A DNA stretch of 48,358 nt from Nitrospiraceae bacterium (GTDB taxonomy: Bacteria; Nitrospirota; Nitrospiria; Nitrospirales; Nitrospiraceae), in NCBI GenBank assembly GCA_037442105.1, contig JBBIQV010000001.1, forward strand, positions 124,001 through 172,358. Direction: 5' to 3'. Below are positions 13,083 to 22,958 of the stretch, piece by piece (position 1 is the stretch's first letter; each line of letters opens with the position of its first letter). A program made the position numbers and the translations under genes. The notes beneath the pieces are model-generated. The model had not been told where the DNA came from. It did no database searches and saw only the letters and a list, made by a program, of their open reading frames with translations.

Positions 13083-14398
13083 ACGTTCCGCTCGTCGCCA
13101 TCATCGGGCGGCCCAACGTCGGCAAATCGACGCTGTTCAACCGTATCCTGGGATCGAGGACGGCGATCGTGGACGACGTGCCGGGCGTGACGCGCGACCG
13201 GAACTACGCGGACGCGACCTATCGCGGCCGTCACTTTCGCTTGGTCGACACCGGCGGCCTCGACCCATCGGCCACGGAGGGAATGCTCGCGTTGATCCGC
13301 CATCAGTCGCAGATGGCCATGGCCGAGGCGGATATCCTCATCTTCGTAATGGACGGTCGCACCGGCCTGATGCCGCCCGACGACGAGATCGTTCGACTGC
13401 TGCGGGGCACGAACAAGCCGGTCTTCTTCGCCATCAATAAGATCGATACGCCGAAGGCGGAGTCGCTGCTCGCCGACTTCTATCGACTCGGGCAGGATCA
13501 GCTCTACCCGATCTCCGCTGAGCACGGCCTCGGCGTTGCCGAGTTGCTCGATGCCATCTTCCCCTTGTTGCCGGACACCGATGAGCCCGGCAATTTGTCG
13601 GACGTGCCGCGCGTCGCGATTGTGGGCCGCCCCAACGTCGGCAAGTCGACGTTGGTGAACACAATCCTCGGAGAAGACCGCGTCGTGGTGAGCGCTGTGC
13701 CCGGCACCACGCGGGACCCGATCGACTCGCTGGCGACCTACCAGGGTCGTCGCTACATCTTCACCGACACGGCCGGCATCCGGCGGCGCGGGCGGATCGA
13801 TCGCGGCATCGAAGGCTACAGCGTCGCCCGTTCCCTGCGCGCCATCGGCCGCTCGGACATCGCCGTCCTGCTGCTCGATGCCGCTGAAGGCGTGACCGAA
13901 CAGGACACGAAGGTCGCCGGCGTGGCCCTTAAGCAGGGACGAGCTTGCATCCTCCTGGTGAACAAATGGGACCTCCGCGAGGGCGACCCCGAGGCGCGTA
14001 CCGCTTACGAGGCCGATTTGCGCCGCCGCTTTCCGTTTCTTCCATGGGCGCCGGTCCTCTTCGTCTCCGCCATGAAGCGCGATTCGCTGCGAGGCCTCTT
14101 CCCCCAGATCGATCAGGTGATCACAGCATTTACCACACGCATTCCGACCGGCACGTTGAACAAACTCCTGCAACAGATTCTGGAAGAGCATCCCCTCCCC
14201 GTCCGCAAGGGAAAGCCCACGAAACCGGTCAAGTCCGCCTACATCACGCAGGTCGCGACTAAACCCCCGGCATTTGCTCTCTTTGTCGGACACCCGGAAG
14301 ACATCACGCCGGCATATCTCCGTTACCTTGAAAATCGACTCCGCCAGGAGCACCGATTCCCCGGCTCGCCCATCCGTATTCTCCTCAGGAAAAAATAG
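13043..14398 (+). CDS. der: Ribosome biogenesis GTPase Der (EngA)
   Basis: Two GRPNVGKST P-loops, DTGG/DTAG, NKxD, KH-like C-terminus (YLRYLENRLR). Confidence 0.97.
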   Translation: MASHSSPITHHPLHVPLVAIIGRPNVGKSTLFNRILGSRTAIVDDVPGVTRDRNYADATYRGRHFRLVDTGGLDPSATEGMLALIRHQSQMAMAEADILIFVMDGRTGLMPPDDEIVRLLRGTNKPVFFAINKIDTPKAESLLADFYRLGQDQLYPISAEHGLGVAELLDAIFPLLPDTDEPGNLSDVPRVAIVGRPNVGKSTLVNTILGEDRVVVSAVPGTTRDPIDSLATYQGRRYIFTDTAGIRRRGRIDRGIEGYSVARSLRAIGRSDIAVLLLDAAEGVTEQDTKVAGVALKQGRACILLVNKWDLREGDPEARTAYEADLRRRFPFLPWAPVLFVSAMKRDSLRGLFPQIDQVITAFTTRIPTGTLNKLLQQILEEHPLPVRKGKPTKPVKSAYITQVATKPPAFALFVGHPEDITPAYLRYLENRLRQEHRFPGSPIRILLRKK

Positions 14399-14572
14399 CC
14401 TCCGCGAGAAGCTCGTGCGGACTTTCAAAAAAAGCTGGGACTTTCTGTCTTTCTTGTCCAAGATACTCTCAGTCCAAACAGCGCGAGCCAACAGCCGCTA
14501 TGCCGCCTCTCTCCCGTCATCACATTCAGCAAAGGGTCTCTTCTCTCGAACCAACCAGGCAGGAGCAACACG

Positions 14573-15007
14573 ATGAACGATCGGCACTCAATCACTGATG
14601 GGTCGAGGGTTGGGCCACCGAGCGCGTCGACGCCAGGAGTCGTCGTGTTCTCTTCAGCCGGCCGGCTCTTGCACATCAACGAGCAGGCCTTGAACATCGT
14701 GAAGGAAGCCGCCGGAGGAGAGTCGTTGCCTGAAGGACCGATCGAGGCATCCTCATTACCTTCCGCATTGATCGATCTCCACCGAGAGATCGTGACGCGA
14801 ATCGAACAGCGAGCGGAGGCAGGAGACTGGGCACTTTTCGAAGTAAAACGAATCGTCCGGCTGGCAGGACGTAAAGTGACCCTCCGCGGGTTCGGCGTGC
14901 CCGACCACCGATCGCCTCGACAATCCCGTGTCATTGTGACCATCCAAGACGCAGTGGAGGTCTATCAGCCCGTCGTGGTCCAGCCGCTTGCTCCGACCGG
15001 CACCTGA
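14573..15007 (+). CDS. Hypothetical protein, PAS-like start
   Basis: AGGAG RBS; PGVVVFSSAGRLLHINEQA resembles a PAS N-terminus. Confidence 0.65.
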   Translation: MNDRHSITDGSRVGPPSASTPGVVVFSSAGRLLHINEQALNIVKEAAGGESLPEGPIEASSLPSALIDLHREIVTRIEQRAEAGDWALFEVKRIVRLAGRKVTLRGFGVPDHRSPRQSRVIVTIQDAVEVYQPVVVQPLAPTGT

Positions 15008-15180
15008 ACGACCATCGTCATCTCTCCGGCTGGTTGCGGCTTGACTCCTCCACTACGTCATGTTATTCGCTCCGGGGCGCCAAGCGCCGCGATACATGCA
15101 GGCGGGCAAGGGCCCTGAACAATACCCGCGCGTCATTGGTGAACCGGATTTTCCAATCCAGCGTGATGGGGTATACCAGC

Positions 15181-16179
15181 ATGAAGACCGCCTTCAGCAA
15201 GTCTCGACTTACGGCATGCGTTTCGCTCATGGGCCTGTTGGCCCTGCTCTTGGCAAGCACTCCTGCCAGGACTGAAGAGCCGCCTGCTGCTCCATCGACG
15301 CCCGCCATAGATCAGTCGGCTTCGGCATCGGCGAGCCGTCAAAGCGAAGAGCCGACGATCCCGTCGATTCGGCTCCGAGGCTCCGTCTGGCGGATGAAGG
15401 CCGGCATCGTCTTTCTCCGGACCCCCATCGGCATGCTGACTTTGAGCTCGAAGACCTGTCTGCGGGATGTGCGGGGGTCCCAAGATATTCTGTTCTGGGT
15501 CCATGGCCAGAACGTCGTCGTGGAGATCAGGAAGAAGGCCGACAACACGCTTGTCCATCGCTACCTATCCGGTCCTCTGAAGTTCCAGTCACCGGAAAAG
15601 AAGGAGATTGTGCTATGGACGCCGGATGGCGAGAAGACCGTTCCGGTTGGACTACACGAAAGCGCCGTCGCCGCCCGCCAGGATCTCTCCCCGATCACAG
15701 TCGAAGTCGACGAGCAGGGGACGCTACTCGGCTTGCACGATCTACAGTTCGATCTCCAGATCGGGAACGCGCCTCTGCAGCCGGCTGACATTCATCTTGC
15801 GCTGAAGGGAGCCGTATCGAAGCTCAAATCGAATTTTATTTTCTTCCGCACCCCCCTCGGCGTCGTGACCGTCAGTTCAAAGACCGGTGTGCGTCATGCC
15901 AAGGTCGGTCAGGAGATGACGATGTGGATTCACCGCAACCATGTCGCGATCGATCTCTCCCAGGCGGGCCACTCGACGGCGAGTTATCGGTTCTTGACCG
16001 GTCCCCTCACCTATGCCTCTCCGGACCATACCGCCATTACTCTCTGGACACCCAACGGCGAGCAGACTTTCCCCGCCGACCGCGGCAAAACGATTCTATC
16101 CTCGGTCAAGGAAGGCGCCCCCATCACCCTCGAACTCAACCAGCAGGGCACAGTGGTCGACATCCGGAGACCCAACTAG
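15181..16179 (+). CDS. Exported hypothetical protein with two tandem ~125-aa repeats
   Basis: Signal peptide; FLRTPIG/FFRTPLG, RYLSGPL/RFLTGPL, LWTPDGEKT/LWTPNGEQT and PITVEVDEQG/PITLELNQQG pairs. Confidence 0.8.
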   Translation: MKTAFSKSRLTACVSLMGLLALLLASTPARTEEPPAAPSTPAIDQSASASASRQSEEPTIPSIRLRGSVWRMKAGIVFLRTPIGMLTLSSKTCLRDVRGSQDILFWVHGQNVVVEIRKKADNTLVHRYLSGPLKFQSPEKKEIVLWTPDGEKTVPVGLHESAVAARQDLSPITVEVDEQGTLLGLHDLQFDLQIGNAPLQPADIHLALKGAVSKLKSNFIFFRTPLGVVTVSSKTGVRHAKVGQEMTMWIHRNHVAIDLSQAGHSTASYRFLTGPLTYASPDHTAITLWTPNGEQTFPADRGKTILSSVKEGAPITLELNQQGTVVDIRRPN

Positions 16180-16203
16180 CCTTCGTGCGCGCCTCCAGGC
16201 GGC

Positions 16204-16232
16204 TTGACAGCCTTGGACCGGCCTCGTAGACT
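16204..16232 (+). promoter_or_regulatory. sigma70 promoter of the ECF sigma operon
   Basis: TTGACA-17 nt-TAGACT, ~37 nt upstream of the GTG start. Confidence 0.65.
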
Positions 16233-16269
16233 CCGCCTTACTCAATGAATTAGCGGCTCCAGGAGCGAT

Positions 16270-16857
16270 GTGAAGCCCTCTAACGGTTCAGCTTTCGACA
16301 AGATCTACCGGGACAATGTGGACCTGATCTATCGGTTCGCGAATCGGCTGTGCGGCGAAACGGAAGCCGCCAAAGACCTCGTCCAAGAAACCTTCCTCAA
16401 CGCCTACCGAGGGTACAAGGAGTTCCGGGGCGACGCGCAAGTTTCAACCTGGCTCTATGCCATTGCCGCCCGCGCGTGTCTGCGGATGCGGCGCAAGCGC
16501 AAGGGCGAGCCGGAGCGCGAGCTGTCGCTTGACGAATTCATTCCGACTTCCGAAGGGGAACTCCGGTTGCAGATTCCGATGGACGGGCAGACTCCCGAAG
16601 AGGCCCTGCAAAACAAGGAACTCCGACGCGCTCTCGATCACGCCATCGCCGCCCTTCCTAAGAAGTACCGGATGGTCCTGATCTTGCGGGACATGGAAGG
16701 ACTGAGCGCCAAAGAAGCGGGCACGATCATGGGGCTGAACGAACGGGCGGTAAAATCGCGCCTCCACCGAGCGAGACTGTTTGTCCGCCGTGAACTCAGC
16801 GCGCGGGGCATCACGCAGGTCCACGCGCAGAAATCTGCCGGCGCGGCCGGCTCGTGA
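16270..16857 (+). CDS. ECF RNA polymerase sigma factor
   Basis: AKDLVQETFLNAY, STWLYAIA and region 4 GLSAKE...AVKSRLHRAR. Confidence 0.93.
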   Translation: MKPSNGSAFDKIYRDNVDLIYRFANRLCGETEAAKDLVQETFLNAYRGYKEFRGDAQVSTWLYAIAARACLRMRRKRKGEPERELSLDEFIPTSEGELRLQIPMDGQTPEEALQNKELRRALDHAIAALPKKYRMVLILRDMEGLSAKEAGTIMGLNERAVKSRLHRARLFVRRELSARGITQVHAQKSAGAAGS

Positions 16858-16873
16858 AGCAAGGAACCAAGCC

Positions 16874-17173
16874 ATGAAGAAACCACAACTGCGCGTACGA
16901 CAACGAGAGGTCTCGCACGAGGAGCACCGGCACGGCAAGGGCCGCTGCCTGAACATTCTGAAACAGTTGTCCGCCTACTTGGACAACGACCTGTCGGACG
17001 ATGTATGCGCAGAAATCCGAAAGCACATCGGCGCCTGTCCCAACTGCGAAGTCTTTGTGGCATCCCTCCGACACACCATCCACCTCTGTCAGCACCATCC
17101 CACCCACCCGCTCACCGCCGCCGAGCGAGCCGCACTTCGCCGTCAGATCCTGAAAGCGGCCGCTTCCGCGTGA
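16874..17173 (+). CDS. Zinc-binding (ZAS / zf-HC2) anti-sigma factor
   Basis: C..ILKQLSAYLD...KHIGACPNC (HxxxCxxC), directly after the ECF sigma; no TM segment. Confidence 0.88.
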   Translation: MKKPQLRVRQREVSHEEHRHGKGRCLNILKQLSAYLDNDLSDDVCAEIRKHIGACPNCEVFVASLRHTIHLCQHHPTHPLTAAERAALRRQILKAAASA

Positions 17174-17282
17174 GTGCCGATCAACGATTCCTTGAGAAAC
17201 GGCATCTCCCCGGACTCATCCGGAGCCACCAGGCTGGCACGCTCACACCGGCGTACGATATGATGAGTCACGAGGCGTCCTT

Positions 17283-17702
17283 GTGGCGTACCAGAAGCGT
17301 GTGTGGCCATCGGTAGGATTTACAGCAGCGTGTCTGCTCCTCTTCTTCCCGGTGACGGCCGGTGCGGAATCCGTGGGTGAAGAATCCATCACGATCGACA
17401 TCCTGGCCCGGCAGTTTCGCCCGGATCCGGTGGAATTGCGCCGTGGGCAGAAAATTGCGTTGATCTTCGAAAACCATGATTCCGAGCTGCACGCCTTTGT
17501 GCCCGGCGATCTGTTGGCCGGCGTCAACGTGAACATCGGCGGCAACGGGGCGCCGGAGTTCGGCCCACAGGGATTGAAGCGCATCATCATTCCACCGGAA
17601 GGCCGCGCCGAGATCCGCTTCGCGCCGGAGCGCCCCGGCGAGTTCAGGTACTTCTGCGACATGCCAGGACACGAAATGCGCGCGATGCTCGTCGTGCGGT
17701 GA
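17283..17702 (+). CDS. Exported cupredoxin-domain protein
   Basis: Signal peptide; FRPDPVEL, ENHDSELH and PGEFRYFCDMPGHEM (type-1 Cu H/C/H/M ligands). Confidence 0.88.
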   Translation: MAYQKRVWPSVGFTAACLLLFFPVTAGAESVGEESITIDILARQFRPDPVELRRGQKIALIFENHDSELHAFVPGDLLAGVNVNIGGNGAPEFGPQGLKRIIIPPEGRAEIRFAPERPGEFRYFCDMPGHEMRAMLVVR

Positions 17703-17838
17703 CCTGGCCTGCCTGTAGACTTGGCCACAAGGAAACGGATGTGACGATCGAGCCACCCATTGTCCATGGCCGGCCTCTTTCGTCTGGCTTTCCTTGCATG
17801 ATACAGTGCATTCCTTCTTGTAACCGGAGGACAGGTGT

Positions 17839-19548
17839 ATGCAGTACCAGATGTTCCAGCGGATGACCCGGGTGTCTCTCATGTGCGTGGTGTTGGCGCT
17901 GTCCGTTCTCGTTGTGGATGCCGGCACCACCGTTCTCGCTGCATCTTCCCCCAAAGGCACAAAAGGGAAATCGGGTGCAGCCCGGGTATCAGCCGTGGCG
18001 CAGGCTGCGCTGGACTATGCCTTGGCGCTCTCGAAAGGAGATCGGGTCGCGACCGGCCACCTCGACTTTGCATGTCAATACCGATTTGTCTCCGCTGCCA
18101 GTGCGGGGCTCAAAACGTTCGCAGCGGACAGCGACCCGACCTATGAGGCCTGCTGGAAGGACTTGGAGAACGCGCACGCGCCCGCACTCGAACGGCGCGA
18201 CCGCGGGATGGACATCATCTGGCCGAGCAACGGCGATCTCGTGTTTCTCGGCGAGGACTTGGCCCGCTATCCGGCCTCGACCTTTGTCATGGACTCATTG
18301 GGCCTCTCTCCTCCGGGCAGCGGCCTTCACCTCGACCTGCAGGGAACGAGTCCTCTTCCTTCCGGTTCCTTTCGTCTGCATCCCAGCGGGGTGGTCATCG
18401 CAACACCGGCCACACTGGTCAAGATGAAAGTCACGTATCAGGACCTGCTCACGTCCCCGGTCACTTATGCACCCGAAGCCTATAAATGGACGAACACGGT
18501 CAAGCGGCCGCGGCGGGCGCTGAAATCCGTCACGGTACAATGGGTTGTTCTTTCAGGCCTACGCAAACACGGGTTCCCAGGCGATGCTGCGGTGGTCAAC
18601 CTGCCCGCTGTTCCGCCTCCACAGGGACCCGGTGAGCTGCGCGAGGTAGTCCCCTTCGTCACGACCACAAGCCAAGCCGTGGCAGACTCACTCATCTGGT
18701 GGGAGCCGAGCGATGCACCGGGACTGCTGCTCGCTGCAACCGCACGAGCCGCGCAGTTTCCCGAACTCCGTGATCGGGTGGCACTGCTGAACCGCGTCCT
18801 CATTATCGACCCCTTCCAGCCGGACGCGCTCGCCGTGCTCTCCCGGCATCTGTATGCCCTGCTGCTGCGCGAAGGGGCAGCCATGCACAAATTGACGATC
18901 AAGGATCCGTCGCTCGCGATCGTCGTGAACGAACTCTACTGGAACACTTACGCCCAAACGACGCGGATGGACCTGTCGCTTGGGATGGAGATGGGCGGGC
19001 GGACTAATCCTACGCCGGCCGATTACCTGTATCGGATGATTCCCGCGATGGAGGCGCTGGCCAAGGTGCACCCCGAGCAGTTGGACAACCGGTTCCGGCT
19101 GGGAGTGGCCTATCGCTGGAACAACGACCAGCTCGTTGCGATCGCCACGCATGAAGCTCTCGTCAACGACATTCCACCCGAACGGCGTGCCGCTCGCACG
19201 GAGGCGCTCATCCAACTGGCCTGGTCACGGATCGCCAAGGTCGCCTGGAACCGAAGGTTCGATGATCCGGAAATTCAGCAGGCATATAAGGAAGCGGAGG
19301 AGGCCTTCACGGTCGCCGATTTGCCGCTCGACAAGTTCATGGCCGAGTACACGATGGCCTACAGCATGCTTTTCATGCCGAAGCGCGACAACGCCGGCAT
19401 TCTGCAGCATCTTAATGAGGCCAAGAAGTGGTACGCCGAAGTGCCGGGCCACACGCCTGAAGTCTGGCAGTATTTCCTGGGGAACGATTCCCTGCGATCG
19501 GTGCTGGAAGCCGACCCCAGCTTCAAGCCGCTCCTGGCGGCGTCGTGA
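17839..19548 (+). CDS. Exported hypothetical protein with TPR-like C-terminal half
   Basis: GGAGG RBS, signal peptide, helical repeats (RFRLGVAYRW, ALIQLAW). Confidence 0.75.
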   Translation: MQYQMFQRMTRVSLMCVVLALSVLVVDAGTTVLAASSPKGTKGKSGAARVSAVAQAALDYALALSKGDRVATGHLDFACQYRFVSAASAGLKTFAADSDPTYEACWKDLENAHAPALERRDRGMDIIWPSNGDLVFLGEDLARYPASTFVMDSLGLSPPGSGLHLDLQGTSPLPSGSFRLHPSGVVIATPATLVKMKVTYQDLLTSPVTYAPEAYKWTNTVKRPRRALKSVTVQWVVLSGLRKHGFPGDAAVVNLPAVPPPQGPGELREVVPFVTTTSQAVADSLIWWEPSDAPGLLLAATARAAQFPELRDRVALLNRVLIIDPFQPDALAVLSRHLYALLLREGAAMHKLTIKDPSLAIVVNELYWNTYAQTTRMDLSLGMEMGGRTNPTPADYLYRMIPAMEALAKVHPEQLDNRFRLGVAYRWNNDQLVAIATHEALVNDIPPERRAARTEALIQLAWSRIAKVAWNRRFDDPEIQQAYKEAEEAFTVADLPLDKFMAEYTMAYSMLFMPKRDNAGILQHLNEAKKWYAEVPGHTPEVWQYFLGNDSLRSVLEADPSFKPLLAAS

Positions 19549-19851
19549 GGAGCTATCAGCTTTCAGCGGTCAGCAAAACAACGTGCCCGTGGCCTGATTC
19601 CTGAACGCTGAGAGCTGAAAGCTATTTCCAATATTGCCGATCCCGCCACATCGAACAGCTACCGGGACCTCGCCGGGCATCTCGTTGATCACTGGGTTGC
19701 ACACCACAAAATCCCGATAGATAATGATTCTGATCAAGACCACGCGCGCGTGCATTGCTGTGACCGCTTCACTTTACGCGACGCGGGCACGATTTGTCGC
19801 GCTTACATGACCCATCTGAGTCACGGCGCATTGGGATAAGGGAGGAACACC

Positions 19852-20898
19852 ATGCTACAGACACATGGATACGCTGCCATGAAAGCCGGCGCCCCCCTGG
19901 AGCCCTTCACGTTTACCAGACGGGAGGTTGGTCCCCATGATCTCCTAATCACCATCCGCTATTGCGGCATCTGCCATTCCGACCTGCACCAGGCGCGAGA
20001 CGAATGGGGCGGCTCACTGTTCCCCATGGTGCCAGGGCATGAAATCGTGGGCACCGTGGCGAAGGTCGGTTCGGCTGTGAAGAAATTCAAGACGGGCGAC
20101 ACCGCCGGGGTGGGATGCTTCGTGGATTCCTGCCGAATTTGCGAGCAATGCAAGAAAGGCCTGGAGCAATATTGTGAAGGCCATCTCGTGCTGACCTACA
20201 ACGGGACGGAACGGGACGGTCGCACGCCGACCTACGGCGGCTATTCCACCCAGATCGTGGTCGACGAGAAGTACGTCTTGCGCATTCCCAAACGCCTGGC
20301 CCCGGAGCGGGCGGCACCGCTGCTCTGCGCCGGGATTACGACCTATTCGCCGCTCAAACACTGGCGCGTCGGGAAGAAACACACACTGGCCGTGGTGGGG
20401 CTTGGTGGGCTGGGCCACATGGCCATCAAGATCGGAGCGGCGCTGGGCGCGGAGGTATCGGTCTTGAGTCACTCCAACAAGAAAAAGGATGACGCCAAGC
20501 GGCTGGGTGCGGCCGACTTCTTCGTGACTTCCGAAGTCGACACGTTCAAGAAGCTCAGCAGACGGTTTGATTTCATCCTCGATACGGTCTCAGCTCCGCA
20601 CGACTACAATGCCTACCTGGAATTGCTCAAGACCGACGGTACGATGATCTTAGTGGGGGCACCGGAGAAGCCGACACCGCTCGGCGCCTTTCCGTTGCTG
20701 CTGCGCCGGCGCCGGCTGGTGGGATCGGTCATCGGCGGGATCAAAGAAACCCAGGAGATGCTCGACTTCTGCGCCAAGCATGAGTGCCCGGCGGATATCG
20801 AGGTCATTCCCATCCAACAGGTGAACGAGGCCTACGAGCGCATGCTCCGCAGCGACGTGCGCTACCGGTTCGTCATCGATCTGAATTCACTGAAGTAG
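19852..20898 (+). CDS. Zn-dependent NAD(P) alcohol dehydrogenase (YahK/AdhC/CAD-like)
   Basis: CGICHSD, GHEIVG, structural-Zn CRICEQC..C, APLLCAGITTY, GLGGLG and DVRYRFVID motifs. Confidence 0.95.
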   Translation: MLQTHGYAAMKAGAPLEPFTFTRREVGPHDLLITIRYCGICHSDLHQARDEWGGSLFPMVPGHEIVGTVAKVGSAVKKFKTGDTAGVGCFVDSCRICEQCKKGLEQYCEGHLVLTYNGTERDGRTPTYGGYSTQIVVDEKYVLRIPKRLAPERAAPLLCAGITTYSPLKHWRVGKKHTLAVVGLGGLGHMAIKIGAALGAEVSVLSHSNKKKDDAKRLGAADFFVTSEVDTFKKLSRRFDFILDTVSAPHDYNAYLELLKTDGTMILVGAPEKPTPLGAFPLLLRRRRLVGSVIGGIKETQEMLDFCAKHECPADIEVIPIQQVNEAYERMLRSDVRYRFVIDLNSLK

Positions 20899-20909
20899 GT
20901 GGTGCTGTT

Positions 20910-21215
20910 TTGGCCGACTCGGCTCAAGATGAGATTCATATCGATACCGCATCTGTGAAAGCCAATGGCCGGCTAGTCATCCCAGCACGGCTTCGCCGCA
21001 AGCTGGGCATCAAGCCAGGAACAAAGGTTCACTTTATCGAGCGCGGGAATGAAATCCTCTTTCAGCCCATCACGAAGGACTACATCCGCAGCATGTGTGG
21101 AATGTTGTGGAGCGCCGATTCCGTCACCCAAGACCTGCTTAATGAACGGAAGAAGGATAGGGAACGAGAAGAAGCAAAACTTGAAAGGTGCCGTGCTGGT
21201 CTTGAGCCAACATAG
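20910..21215 (+). CDS. AbrB/MazE/SpoVT-family DNA-binding protein (antitoxin-like)
   Basis: VKANGRLVIPARLRRKLGIKPGTKVHF; TTG start after AGGTGG. Confidence 0.85.
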   Translation: MADSAQDEIHIDTASVKANGRLVIPARLRRKLGIKPGTKVHFIERGNEILFQPITKDYIRSMCGMLWSADSVTQDLLNERKKDREREEAKLERCRAGLEPT

Positions 21216-21385
21216 CGGTTAACGAGTGGTGTGCGAGTCTTGCCGCTCAGCCACTTCGTCCGAGAGTGTGGAGGGGAAAACTTAGGGACCGAGAGGGGAA
21301 ATGGCTCATTGTCTCGATCCCGGTGGCATCATGATACGGCTCATGTGGCGAAAGGTCGTATGAGGGGATACGCGCATCGCCGGCT

Positions 21386-22102
21386 TCATTGCGGAAAGTG
21401 ATAGGAAAGTCCGACCAGAATCTGATGGGCTTCATAATCTCCTTTCAGGCCACGGCCAAGCCCCAAGGTCGGATCAATCACATTGTCGAAGCTCAAGCGT
21501 GCCCGGTTGTATTTCCACTCAACGAACAGCGCGCAGTTTTTATCTTTCGTGAAGTAAGATCGATAGCCTGCAAGGGCATTGAACCCCGGAGCCCGCCCCC
21601 ACGATGTAGTTCCCCCCTCCCCCTTGGCCTGATACAACATGAGCGCCGGCCCCACCCCGGCATAAGGTTCGAAGGATCCAAGCCGAGCCCGTACCATCAC
21701 GTTGTACGCGATCGTGAGGACTCTGAGATCGGTTTCGCCAAACAGCACTGACCCGTTGACCGCGCCGGTAACCCGGCTCGCTTGCTCTTTGATCGTTGGC
21801 GCAGCATAGAACGACTCGACTTGGAACCCCAGCCAGGGAACAGAGGGGAAATAGAAACCGGCCTTCAGGTTGCCAACGAGAGACTTTGTGAGATTGAGAT
21901 CCGTAAGGTTGTTGCCTGGAGTGGTACCCGTCGTACGGACTTCTCCGAAATTGTTGGCAAGCTGGGGGCCCAGCGCCCCTGCGACATAGAACTCAGCCCG
22001 CGCAGGAAGGGACATGAGGTGGGCGACGATCAGGCCGGGGAAAAGCCAGGCGAGCATCACGACTACCAGCCGCGGTCCGCGCTCCATTTGATGACAACGC
22101 AT
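21386..22102 (-). CDS. Outer-membrane beta-barrel protein (8-stranded OmpW/OmpA-like)
   Basis: GGAGG RBS, signal peptide ending ARA-EFY, EPYAGVG, C-terminal VGLSYHF. Confidence 0.85.
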   Translation of the reverse strand: MRCHQMERGPRLVVVMLAWLFPGLIVAHLMSLPARAEFYVAGALGPQLANNFGEVRTTGTTPGNNLTDLNLTKSLVGNLKAGFYFPSVPWLGFQVESFYAAPTIKEQASRVTGAVNGSVLFGETDLRVLTIAYNVMVRARLGSFEPYAGVGPALMLYQAKGEGGTTSWGRAPGFNALAGYRSYFTKDKNCALFVEWKYNRARLSFDNVIDPTLGLGRGLKGDYEAHQILVGLSYHFPQ

Positions 22103-22139
22103 GTCAGTCCTCCGTTGGATGCGATCAAGCGAACCGAAT

Positions 22140-22556
22140 CTAATCGAGTCTGCTCCTGCCACTCGATGGTTGAGGTGTGTCACAGATCGGAGTCACGTGA
22201 TACACCAACGGATCGGTTTTCCACATGGCTCCGGTTACGCCCCAGTCGATCACCAACATCGACACTAACCCGAAATCGATCAACACCCCGAGTAATGACA
22301 CCGCATCGAAGCCTGTCTGCGTCTGGACCACATGGTCTGAACAGCCCTTCTTCTTCGCAGCGATCGAGTGTGTGGTATTCCGTTTTACCGTCGCCATGCC
22401 GGACCCTTTTCCGATGAGGGCGCCATCCATGTAAACCTTGGCATCCGGATCGGCACTTGAGATCGTGATCTGGTCTGAAGTCCCATGAAACATTGCCGCG
22501 CAGCCGCCCATTTCAACCGACATCGCAAGAATCAACATGCTTGCTAAGAACTTCAT
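22140..22556 (-). CDS. PEGA-domain lipoprotein
   Basis: Lipobox GG-CA, ITISSADPDAKVYMDG..IG, hydrophobic C-terminal hairpin ending VTGAMWK. Confidence 0.82.
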   Translation of the reverse strand: MKFLASMLILAMSVEMGGCAAMFHGTSDQITISSADPDAKVYMDGALIGKGSGMATVKRNTTHSIAAKKKGCSDHVVQTQTGFDAVSLLGVLIDFGLVSMLVIDWGVTGAMWKTDPLVYHVTPICDTPQPSSGRSRLD

Positions 22557-22587
22557 GGCTTTCCCCTCCCTCGAAATGTTGAAATGC

Positions 22588-22683
22588 CACTTATAGTCGT
22601 CACTAAGCGTAGCACCCTGTCCATACATGCCAAATAGAATGCCACTTATAGTATATCCACTTATCTACTGTAGACTGACAGTC
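22588..22683. promoter_or_regulatory. C-box-like operator array
   Basis: 11-mers CACTTATAGTC (22588), CACTTATAGTA (22643), CACTTATCTAC (22658) and GACTGACAGTC (22673). The last three have a 15-bp period with a TGTA spacer, as in PvuII-type C-boxes. Confidence 0.7.
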
Positions 22684-22708
22684 ATCGTTGGCCTAGCTTA
22701 CGCCCCCG

Positions 22709-22957
22709 ATGAAACAGTCGGAGCGGTTGCAGGCAGCGTTCGGGAAGGCGATGCGGGGCGCCCGGATGGCGCTCGGGATTTCCCAGGAGGAATTGGCCGC
22801 AAGGGCTGACCTCCACCGGACCTACGTGGGGGATATCGAGCGGGGCAAGCGGAATCTCAGTCTTGTGAATATGGCCAAGGTGGCAGAGGCCTTGGGCGAG
22901 AAGCTCAGCGATTTACTCCGTGAAATGGAACGGCATTTGAGGAAATCGGGAGGCTAA
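22709..22957 (+). CDS. XRE HTH protein, RM controller (C)-protein-like
   Basis: AFGKAMR..R..LGISQEELAARADLHRTYVGDIERGKRNLSL; no RBS, so probably leaderless. Confidence 0.9.
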   Translation: MKQSERLQAAFGKAMRGARMALGISQEELAARADLHRTYVGDIERGKRNLSLVNMAKVAEALGEKLSDLLREMERHLRKSGG

Positions 22958-22958
22958 C

